NCBI RefSeq assembly: GCF_001186125.1
Contig: NW_014039921.1
Location: 5,584-49,126, forward strand
Direction: 5' to 3'
Length of the DNA: 43,543 nucleotides
Source of the DNA: Sphaeroforma arctica JP610
Lineage: Eukaryota
Shown here: positions 13,862 through 24,149 of the stretch, piece by piece
Layout: each line of letters opens with the position of its first letter
How positions within the stretch are numbered: the stretch's first letter is position 1
The notes under the pieces: generated by a model
Told to the model about the DNA's origin: nothing
The model's input: the letters and a program-made list of their open reading frames with translations, nothing else
The model's database searches: none
Position numbers and translations under genes: made by a program

Positions 13862-15848
13862 CCCGTATGGCCTTCCCTGAACAGTCCACATCAGCAAGTA
13901 CGCCTCATACTTATCCATGTCGATCCTTCACCTACCCATCTCTCTCGCGCGCTCGCTCATATGCGCACACAAGGCTGTTCAATGCCGGGTCACCAGATGA
14001 CCTGTTAGAGGAGAGTGAGTCTGAGAAAGCTCGGCGCGAGGATATGCTGAACATGTTAAGCATGGCTAAGAAGGCCCTCAAGATCATCGGCGATGTGAAC
14101 GTTACCACCAAGTACGAAAACGCACCCCCGCCCATCTCAGAGGAGCGAGATATACTTGCACAGGTATGTGTGTCTGTATGCTGGTGTGGATTTGTATGTA
14201 TGTGTATGTAGAAGTGTGTGTGTAGGTGTATTTGCACGTATAGTTAATATGTATATATGTTTGTTTGTACAGGTATGTCTGTCTGTATTGAGATGTAAAT
14301 TTGTTTGCATGTGTATGTAGAAGTATGATTTATATGCATATGTGTATGTAGAAGTATGATTTATATGCATATGTGTATGTAGAAGTATGATTTATATGCA
14401 TATGTGTATGTAGAGGTACATGTGTAGGTTATTTGTATGTATAATTAGTAAGTATGTGTAGGTGTGTGTGCTGTTGTCTGGATATGAGTGTGTGTTTTTC
14501 TGTACGCACCTTGCACAGATGTGTGTATACATGTGAAATGGCTGTTTTGTGAATGTGCACTCATGTGAACAGCTGTTTTACGTATATGTTACCTTTGTAT
14601 ATTTGTCGTTATTAACTAAGTACTCTTTTCCTAGGAACGGTGCAGCAATGAAGTCAGGCTCAGAAGCAGTGCATATTTCAATAGCAATACCGTACACACA
14701 CACACACTGTGTACTGCTTATGCTTCAATAGCAATACCGTACACACACACAAACTGTTTACTGTTTATGTTTCAATAGCCATTCCGTACATACACACTGT
14801 TTCTCGCATCCATGGTCGCATTGTAGAAGGTTAGCGGCGTAATTTAGATAGTGCAAACGAGTACCTAGCCAGCCCATATGACACTAGGTATGATTTTGCA
14901 CCACTTCCAAGTACCCTATCGGCGGATATCCGTGTTAGTGTGAATAGTGCTAACTAATTGCCTGTTACATATAAGTAGATATCCGTATTAGTTTGAATAG
15001 TGCTAACTAATTCCCTGCCCCATATTTCTCCCCAATGGTCTTATTGTAGAAGGCACATCGATCAGCCAGTGACAGGCGTGCACCAGCACCTCATAGAGCC
15101 CCCGCACAAAGCATTGGGGCCGGAGGTCCGCCTCCCCGTCCAGGTACAGTCCAAACATATATGCATGTGTGTGTAGTGTGTGTGTGTTGATATTATTATG
15201 GAGCCTACTAATGGGGCACAAGTACAGTGCAAACAACTAGACACGTGTGTGGATGTGGATAGCGTGTGTTTTACGTGCTGATTCTGTCCAAGTACAGTAC
15301 ACAGTAATAGAAGTGTATTTATGTATGCAGATGTCCAGGTACAGTAGATACAATCAAATCTATAATATATATATGAATATATATATATATATTTATATAT
15401 CTTTAATCGCCAACCGCGTGTGTACTATAAGCCTTTATACAGAAATGGTCTATCTACCTGCCAATAAAAAGTTCAAAGTGAACCCACTTTCGTATCAAAC
15501 ACTACAAGTTCCGGCATTCTCCCTACGCTTGACCATTCATTACTTCTTACCACCACACCACAGCACGGAAGCATTCGTTCCTACACTGTGAGCCTTCACT
15601 CAGTCCAACAGTTCTCCCACACACACTTATCGGCTTCATCATGTAGTCCATCTTGGTATCGGCTCATATGACACTGCAGAAACCCGACACGACGCACAAG
15701 CTACTGATTCATCTGCTTATCTTATATGCTTATTTTCTCACGTGACGGAACAGGCGCATCTCCTCAGCCTGGCGCAGGTCGCCCTCCGCCCAGAAGTGCG
15801 GGACCCACCGCCGGTGGTGGTAGACCCGCACTACCTCCACGCAAGTAG
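1944..15848 (+). CDS. DNM: Classical dynamin (GTPase-middle-PH-GED-proline-rich tail), spliced gene
   Basis: GT-AG exons: 1944-2104, [exon missing in gap 2241-2260], 2379-2528, 3046-3157, 3493-3584, 4079-4259, 4736-4892, 5307-5480, 5868-5952, 6838-6900, 7498-7605, 8541-8696, 9322-9380, 10062-10148, 10838-10973, 12050-12168, 12385-12481, 13018-13108, 13974-14163, 15050-15143, 15754-15848(TAG). Phases are consistent from 2379 onward. Motifs: [21 protein letters not shown]1 [10 protein letters not shown]3 DLPG, G4 [29 protein letters not shown] domain VIRKGW...[31 protein letters not shown]-terminal RPALPPRK. Confidence 0.96.
2531..2665. repeat. Intronic tandem duplication, ~73-bp unit x2
   Basis: ctctggcagggttaca(g/a)agac...tttatattcatc(t/c)gaatacttc occurs twice in tandem. 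Confidence 0.8.
5948..6205. repeat. Tandem repeat (~65-bp unit, then shorter ~34-bp copies) starting at a dynamin splice donor
   Basis: ccacggtg...gtagatgtcgtttatatacactata repeated. Confidence 0.85.
9505..9717. repeat. Intronic minisatellite, ~53-bp unit x4
   Basis: tgagaatggtgttcttaccctcgttcaactacacgcagtcgtgtgtgtgta repeated. Confidence 0.9.
9898..10050. repeat. Intronic tandem repeat, ~54-bp unit x3
   Basis: gcatacatctcacat(gatc)tattttgat... three copies just before the acceptor at 10061. Confidence 0.8.
10672..10835. repeat. Intronic minisatellite, ~21-bp unit
   Basis: ttaacgttgttcatcatccgt-like unit, about 8 degenerate copies ending at the acceptor at 10837. Confidence 0.85.
11071..11535. 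repeat. Intronic minisatellite, 14-bp unit (gtgtatatgcgact)
   Basis: About 30 tandem copies with variants. It accounts for the cluster of overlapping spurious ORFs at 11017-11675. Confidence 0.95.
14310..14415. repeat. Intronic tandem repeat, 31-bp unit x3
   Basis: atgtgtatgtagaagtatgatttatatgcat repeated. Confidence 0.85.
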
Positions 15849-16084
15849 AGAGAGAGACATTCGTACTATCTCCGATTTAATAATAAATGTTCCTGTCAAT
15901 CGAGTACACTTGTGGAAGCGGAGTCTGGCTATTTTGCAATCGTATTAGTTTTTTGGGGGTATTATTTTTTCGATCATACTGATCGAGCAAACAGGTACAC
16001 ATAACCGCATATGTAGCTTGTAAGCACCGATATCGAACCCATAATATATTTATATATATGTATATATGTATATATGTATATATT

Positions 16085-16123
<39 letters not shown>

Positions 16124-16214
16124 CTGCGTGTGTCTGCGTGTACATTCCAAATGTGAACAATTTAGCTTCTTTCATATATCATGGTTTGTGTAGTTCCTAT
16201 TTATGTTTATTGAT

Positions 16215-17364
16215 TCACCGTCTGTTCTGAAACTGATCCAAGTCTGGCATACTATACCCATTTTGCTGGTATAGTCGTATGTTCTCTTGCTTCAAAGACC
16301 AATCGGCACAGGCCCGAGTATGCGGAGGTGCGGTATACTCGTATACCCGAATCGCGAGTGTGATAGCGAAAATAAACCATTCTCGGAAGTGGACATTCTC
16401 CATCAGTCCCTCCTGTCTGGCCGACCAAAACATGAGCCGCATCCATACCACGCAGTCTTTCAGTTGAAATGAGTTGCCCATGTCTTCGGCTGCGCGCTTG
16501 TGGCTGTACCAGGAGCGGTGATGAGCCATTTGTCGTGCATACGTTGGACGATGGTTGCTCCATACACCGATGTCCCCCATTTTATCGGCTAACCATAGTC
16601 CTAGACTGCAGTGCGAAAACAGCTCTTGAAGTTAGTATCAAACACAGCAAGAATGTAAAAAAGGATGTACAACGAAAGGCTGCATGATTTGATATTACTC
16701 TATTGTGTGATATTGAGGTCACCTGTTCCGCATACCTGTTTAATTAAGTGATATTATGTGACCCTGGTACCTACAGGGAAGCCCTACTGTAGGCGGACAA
16801 ATTGCCTTGCGTCCTCAAAGCGTTCAAAAGCAATAACATGATGTGAACAAACTCCTACCGTTCCCCGTGCGGATCGTTGTGATTCATAATAAAAGTATCC
16901 AGTAGTTTATCCTTGAAGGCGTGTTCGTAGAAGCGCGTGACCATCTTGACCATCGCCTCCTTGCCGCCGATCTCTTGTAGGAGGTAACTAGTGCTTGTTC
17001 TGTCCATGGTCATCTGTGGCCGTTGTGAGCCGACCTGACTCCGGGATCTCGCCTGGACCTGTGCCACTAGATCCGTACAGTTGGACTTGTTCTTTGTACT
17101 CGATATGTATGGAGGTGCGTCAGCGGAGACGCTTTGAGTCTGGTCAGAAGTTTCGTTTGCTGTCGATTCCGGTGATGCAACCACGGTATCCGTTGATCCT
17201 TTCTCCATTTTATTCAGATGGGCAACGGGACACCTCGAAGCTGATTGTTGGTGTGTATCATTTGTGGCACTGCTATGCATGTCTTTGATCCCGGTGTTTG
17301 CACTATCGTTGTGGCTCTTCGAACGGAAGAAGGTGCCGGATTTGAGAAGGCTGGATATACCCAT
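16215..17364 (-). CDS. Truncated (2/2) haemoglobin-like globin-domain protein, 2 exons, ~298 aa, with long Ser/Thr-rich N-terminal extension
   Basis: Exon 1 17364-16859 (...HGE-CG|GTAGG) and exon 2 16605-16215 (TGCAG|T-CTA-GGA) join in frame (897 nt). LLQEIGGKEAMVKMVTRFYEHAFKDKLLDTF..HGERLGLWL..AHH..WMRLM fits the trHb pattern (GG motif, B9-B10 FY, CD1 F, candidate proximal His, G8 Trp). Confidence 0.8.
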
Positions 17365-17949
17365 ATTTGTGTTGTGTCAGGCTACGAACACAACTCGTTT
17401 GGATGGTGTTGTTGAGAAAATTTGAAGCTTAGGTTGAGATTCAAAGATGACTATGTGTTTACAAAGATTGAAAAAGTGCTGGATGTTGATTACAAGTATT
17501 TCTTTATATAGTCGGCATGAGTGCAAAATTCCAAGACTTTTTAAATTATTTTGTACATACGACTAAGCAGATGAAAGTGTTCAAATCTCAGCCAATTAAG
17601 GATGGACAATGAGACGTTGTAGCTGCTAGTGCAAAATGCAGTCGAGAAAGCAAGATTCACGGACTTCAAATGGAATGTTCTACACTTTGAAGACCACTTT
17701 AGTTGTTAGTAGCAACTAAATAGCAACTATTATGTATGAATGCCTTGCACAACAATCATACATTCGCTCGATATATTAAGCATATATACATTCTTGATGC
17801 TGCCTTACCACTGAGATGCGACCAATCAAAAATTAGTAAATTTGAACTTTTGTTCATATCAGAACAGAGTACAAATGTGAACTCCCTCCCACTCTCAGAC
17901 TCAGAGTCTCTCACTCTCTCAGTCTGTCGAGTGTTGACTGTTGACTCTG

Positions 17950-18958
17950 CTGGGCTGGTATGAGGTCGACGACGTGTCGCCAAAAAAAATGTAAAAGACG
18001 GTCGCGACATGTCGTTTACTACTATGTCGGCCTACCTCTCGACAACATGTCTTGCAAGTCGCTACAGGTGCCCATACCAGTCCACTATATAAGAGGTTTA
18101 GGTGCACCTTCTCAGGTCCACTATGACCTATAGGACTAGTCCTAATAATTGGGGTGTATTTTTTTCTTCTTTTTTTCTGGGTCCTTCGTGACAGTGTCAG
18201 TTTGACCGATTTTCACATTTGACAAATAACAACTGACACAGTGACCGTTGGGCGTTGGAATCTCACTGTCTCAGTGTCTCACGCACTCGGCAATGTAGTC
18301 TCAGACTCCCACAGACTCACAAGTCACAACTGTACAATAACAAGTTATCAACAAAATAGACATGGTATACGCGTGAATTCGCCGTAAGCCCGTAATTAAT
18401 TATATATTATATATACATACACATATTGTTTATATAAAATAATCTATAATCAATTATATTATATTATATATATATGTACAGACATATATTTTATATATAA
18501 TAAATTTATATATAATCAATAATCAATTATATTATATTATATATTCTATAATCAATTATATTATAATATATATTCTATAATCTATTATATTATATTATAT
18601 TTATTCATTCATAAATTATATATATAATATAATCTATAATCGATTATATTATAAAACCTCAAAGACAATTGAGGTGCATTTCCGATCGGATTTCGCCAGG
18701 CAGAATAAAAAAGGTGCATTTCGTTGTTTTGACAATAGGTGCAGACCAATTTTGGACAACACTATACCATTGGAGGATTTTATATAAAAGGGATTGTGAT
18801 GGATCCGTTTTGATTTTTTCAAAACAAAATAGGTGCATGTTGTCTTTTGACCAAACGACATGTCGCGACGATTGTCGCGATGTGTCGGCATCATAATGAT
18901 GTAAAAGACGGTCGCGACGTGTCGTCACAGGTAAAAGACATGTCGTTTACCAACCCAG
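17950..18958. mobile_element. Non-autonomous TIR DNA transposon (hAT/P-like MITE)
   Basis: Terminal inverted repeats ctgggctggta (17950-17960) and taccaacccag (18948-18958), 10/11 match. Flanking 8-mers tgactctg and tgtctctg (7/8) are a candidate TSD. Subterminal repeats atgtaaaagacggtcgcgac and gacatgtcg occur at both ends; the core is AT-rich. Confidence 0.65.
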
Positions 18959-19755
18959 TGTCTCTGGCATGAGTGTCAACTGTCACATCACAAGTGTCAA
19001 TTGTCGAAGTGCACAAGTCATAACTCTTTCTGAAATCTGAACTATTGCTCAGTGAACAACTGAACAGTGAACACTTAACAGTTGAACACACGAACACTGC
19101 TGTTCCAGTGTTCCTGAACAGTGAGCTGTGATGAGTGAACAGAAGTTGTTGAAGTCATTATTTTTTTTGTTTTTGTTTTTTTAAAGCATTTGTTACAGCC
19201 AACCATGGACCAATGGTTGACAAGGTCGCGGGTATTTGTTTTTAGAAAAACAAATACCCATAAAAATTTATAAATATGTATTATGTATAAATAAATACAT
19301 ACCACCCGAGTCATACGTGACACGAAAGGTTGTGTTGCCCGGGACCCTGGCCTATGTATTTTTTATTAAAAAACAAATACCGTCTGGGATTCCCAGGTGG
19401 GCCAGGACTGAGGACTCCCAGGGGCCAGGAGACCAGGTCCCAGAGGGGACAGAGTCCAGACGCCAGAGTGGGATAGTCCACTTTAACAGAAGGGACCTGT
19501 GTGAGATAGATAAATATGTATTTAGTTGATTCCCAGCTTCATATCGCTAGTTTGACTATATACGTTCTGCAGGTTCGAGTATATAGTACTCGCCCCTGTT
19601 GCTCGTCTACTACTACACCGTGTTCCTGATACGTAAATCAACACAATGTATACCCGATTTATAAAACTAAATTAGGTCACGTACACGCGATCTCCACCAT
19701 GTACTGAGAAATAGAGCAGCCGTACTTCTATTTTAAACAGACAACTCAGGCGTTA

Positions 19756-19972
19756 CTCGTTGACAGGCCTGCAACATAGAATCAGTCTAGTTATGCATTG
19801 TTTTCCCGATGCAGACATTAGTACCAGCATATGCACATGCAATCTTTAAAATATACTGAGAACAGGACATCTCTCGTTGACAGGCCTGCAACATACAATC
19901 AGTCTAGTTATGCATTGTTTTCCCGATGCAGACATTAGTACCAGCATACGCACATGCAATCTTTAGAATATA
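19756..19972. repeat. Near-perfect tandem duplication (~100 bp shared, ~118-bp period)
   Basis: ctcgttgacaggcctgcaacata...gcacatgcaatcttta occurs twice. Confidence 0.9.
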
Positions 19973-21209
19973 CCAGACCAGCCCCGCTTGCATTGCTGAC
20001 TAGACGAGTCACACTTCACTTGTCCAGATACCTAGAATATAAATAGAGCTTACATACTGCGCGCAGACTTTTGGAATGCTTTTCACCATACAGCTAGCCT
20101 GCCAACTACTTATACTGATTTTGTATAAACCCTGTACACGGTGACCGACAGAAAGACGTCACTTATTTTGAAAGCTTCCAGTAATGCTGGCATTTGCCAA
20201 TACCGTAGAGCTAGCATATTTTTGATACTTTTGGACATCGATCAATGTGCGGGAGAGTTTATGGCGATTCTGGTAAAACTCTGTGTACATGGAACGGATG
20301 GAGGGCTTCATCTGTGACCAAACATGAACTACTGCACTGTACATTGAAGGCATATCTGCGAAGACTGGCTATGGGTGTTGATTAATATATGTATACAAAC
20401 ATTCCGATTTGTTATTTAGATTACATCCGTATTGTATAATGGGTGATATAGACACGTCTAATATATTGACTTGTACACTTCTGATTGTGCATCAAGGTGC
20501 ATATGACTTCAAAATCAATATATGTACATATCTACACGGAACTATATCATGCTATAGTCTATTTGTGTGTGTATACTAATTTTATTGATCTTTTACATAC
20601 ATATGTATACCTATTAATTCGGAGGAAAGAAGATGTACACATATCGATAAGCCGTGTGTGCAATGACTACAACAAATAAAGTCATTTAGTACGGATACAC
20701 ATACTTGTGTCTCACTCATAGCATCGTATAAAATAGTGAAGAACCAATACAGTCTTTATCATATTGTATTAATACTTTTTCAATATTATTTATATGTAAA
20801 GAATCGTTTACGATCGTTTCCTAGTTGTTGTTCCACCCCCGGCTTACTTCAGGCAAGCGCCAGCGGCGAAAGTTCTTCTATAGCGTAAACCACTCAGGAA
20901 TGATGCGGATTGGTAGACGGTCACCTCGACGGTGGACTTCCCAAAAATTGCCAAAATTCGCATATTCACCTATCGAACATATACATATACATATAGTATC
21001 TTGGTGTGTGTAAGTGTGTACGTATGAGGTTACCACGCTCATATTCTGTGAGTGCCCACTATACTGCCTCGATTCAGTCTTCGCGCTTCCCAGACTGATG
21101 GATTCTGGTGCGCAGATTTATGCCAAAGAATGTGAGCTTGAATCAGTCCTCGATCTTTCAAGACAAGTGACCTATTTCAGTGTTCAGGCTTACCACACTT
21201 GTACGGTGG

Positions 21210-21245
<36 letters not shown>

Positions 21246-21283
21246 ATGTATGTATGTATGATGTATATATATACATACATACA

Positions 21284-21317
<34 letters not shown>

Positions 21318-22096
21318 CTCCCACCTGTATGCACGCAGTAAGGTTTTTGCGTACTCCGTCTCTCGTACTATCGCAAATGTGCACGCTCGCTTGTATGAAT
21401 ATGGCTTGTATACGTGTCTGGTAGTAGATGCCTATCCTATGCATCGCCCAATAAGGACGTGTCCATATACTCTATGCTCGCGCATGATTGTTTAAACTAC
21501 ACGCACCATATCCACAGTCAGTAGCTAAGTCTGCTGTGTGTCGCTGTGGGTGCACTGACATGCGGTCCAGAGCATCCGCAATTTGTTTCAAGTTTGTATA
21601 CGATACAGTGCTGTATATTGCACATTTGCACATACTAGAGATTGAACTAAAATGTGTCTATGTACTAGCAAACAATACTTTAATTCAACGTGCAAACCTT
21701 GTGATACATCAAAATTCTATACTATTACTTCGTCGTGAGTGGTATGGATTCGAGTGTAAATCTCGTGACGAGTATTTCAAACAAACGCCACATTGCCCGG
21801 ACCCTGACTAAATGCGCTTAGTTATGTCAGCAAGACTATTGTAGCTGCCTTCATATTCGGTTTGCTTCCACGTATATAAAATAGGTATAGTGGTAGATAT
21901 TACTGCGCTCGTATTCGGTTGTGTACACATGAGTGTATATGATTATAGATTGACACATGCTGGATGTCCAGTAAAGAAGCTCTCTGTTTCAGGGTGTTGG
22001 TTTTCTCACGAGTGCTCCTGACGCTTCCGATTCTGTCCGTACTATTCCGATGTATACTTCTCTGTAAATAAGAAATTGCGTTTGCATCAAGTGAGC

Positions 22097-22510
22097 CTAT
22101 ATCCATATATTACTAATACTTGTTTTGTTATACGCTATATCCATATATTCTGATACTTGTTTTGTTATACGTTATATCCATATAATAACTTGTTTTGTTA
22201 TACGCTATATCCATATAATACTGATACTTGTTTTGTTATACGCTATATCCATATTTTACTGATACTTGTTTTGTTATACGCTATATCCATATATTCCTGA
22301 TATTTGTTTTGTTATACACCATATCCATATATTACTGATACTTGTTTTGTTATACGCTATATCCTTATATTACTGATACTTGTTTTGTTATACGCTATAT
22401 CCATATATTACTGATACTTGTTTTGTTATACGCTATATCCATATATTACTGATACTTGTTTTGTTGTACGCTATATTCATATATTACTGATACTTATGTT
22501 GCCATACGCT
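22097..22510. repeat. Minisatellite, 38-bp unit x ~10
   Basis: tgttttgttatacgctatatccatatattactgatact in tandem with no spacers. Confidence 0.95.
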
Positions 22511-23090
22511 GCACCATGTTGATATCTGTATCTGTAGGTAACTCGCTCTCATTAGTGTACTATGCGCGTGATATAGGATCCTTTATAAAAAACCTCGTGC
22601 GTATCGTAAAAGCTTAGACGCAGTAAACCTGAATAGTAAAATATTTCAAATTGATTGGTAACTGTGCATGTAAGCACTGTCTGTCTATATTGCATATGCA
22701 TGCGTGTGTGTGTTAAGAATTCCTGCATGATTGGTGTGGATTCGGTCTTCGTGACATTTTACTGTGTGGCGTGTGCGTGGTTTATCTTTGCTCTAGCATC
22801 TACAATTGTTCTAACGCTTTGCAACGTGTGTCTGCTCTTCATTGTATGAGTGAGTAACAATTGTGAGCTATCCGCGATTTTATATACTTCGTTACTAGAG
22901 TTGATATCTGTAAAATCCGGTATTAGTACAATCTGAATGTTACAAGTGCGCACATCCTCACATAACTCGCGTTCTGTGGTCTCTGTATAAATGCCTGTGT
23001 TGAAGGTGTGTTAGGTGGGGAGTTATGTGAATGTTACTATCAGCGGTGGTGGAGAGGGTGGGTGATAATANNNNNNNNNNNNNNNNNNNN

Positions 23091-23167
<77 letters not shown>

Positions 23168-23184
23168 TGTGTCTGTGTCTGTGT

Positions 23185-23216
<32 letters not shown>
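23091..23216. repeat. (GT)n microsatellite next to an assembly gap
   Basis: Read directly from the sequence. Confidence 0.95.
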
Positions 23217-23219
<3 letters not shown>

Positions 23220-24149
23220 CTATGTGAAGCACTCGAATTCTTTGCGACTATACAGTGATGTTACCAGTGACTCTGTGAGCTTTATTGTACTATAGTTACT
23301 TGATGGCGAACTGGGGCAATCGGCGACTGGAGAGCTGTTGTGGCGTACTATCTAGCATGCATGTGCTTGAATTCATGAAGGAGACAATAAGAGTAATGCG
23401 GAATATACTTCAACGATAGACATACAGATTCGTGACCATCAGAGAATATGTGCTCAGGCCCTGAAGTGATCTCTCGTCTGCCAAATCGGCAACTAAATGA
23501 GATCCCGAGTTGTAATGAGAGTACTAAAAGAAACACACATAAGAAGAAGTATGTCCCAGGCTTTATTCGATAAACGTTGATACGGTTTTCTGTCTTACTA
23601 TGGTTGGCTCGTGTAACCGTTGCCTCCCTCTCCGTAGTTGGCAGCGTACTTGTGCTGGCTGTCGCCTGCCGAACTCCTATTGAAACTACGGCAACGCTCG
23701 TCACCGCTAACACACCAGTAGTTGTCTGAAGGCATCGTACTTCATCTGAGACTAATTGTCTGCGCAGATGTCGGGGTATCGACAACAGTATATACCCTAG
23801 TCCTCCGACAGTAGCGGTGATATCCCGGTGGAACCGTCGCTGCCGTAGTTTCTTTCCACGTAGTTGTTGAATCCTGTTCGGCGGTAGTTGTCGTATTCTG
23901 TTCGGTGGCAGTTGTTTCTAATGCCTTGGTAGTAGGGTTAGAAATCTCTACTTTATCTTTATCACCTTCATCGCACCTGTTAGAACATTAACCCTAACTG
24001 TGTGCGAAAAAGCATTTGCCTCGATCGGCAGGAATCCTATCACACGAGCTCGAGTGATGACGAACTTATCATCAGTTCCATCGCAGTATAGGTAGAAGTG
24101 GTTCTCGATGCTTGAGCTTGGATCACTGGTACCCATGACACTCGTTTCA

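Larger units (their letters stand above)
20030..23900 (-). pseudogene. Candidate fragments of an unrecognised multi-exon gene or pseudogene
   Basis: GC-richer blocks, several flanked by AG/GT on the - strand (~20162-20355, 20848-20968, 21034-21171, 21729-21803, 23300-23785). One encodes a Thr-rich stretch followed by hydrophobic YFFLCVFLLVLSLQLGISF. In-frame stops are present and no family was recognised. Confidence 0.3.

Noticed and set aside
17338..17364. N-myristoylation signal on the globin (MGISSL)
   Set aside because: Gly2 is present but position 6 is Leu rather than the favoured Ser/Thr; too weak to call.
22097..22510. Regular 38-bp repeats as a possible CRISPR array
   Set aside because: Head-to-tail copies without unique spacers, no cas genes, eukaryotic context.
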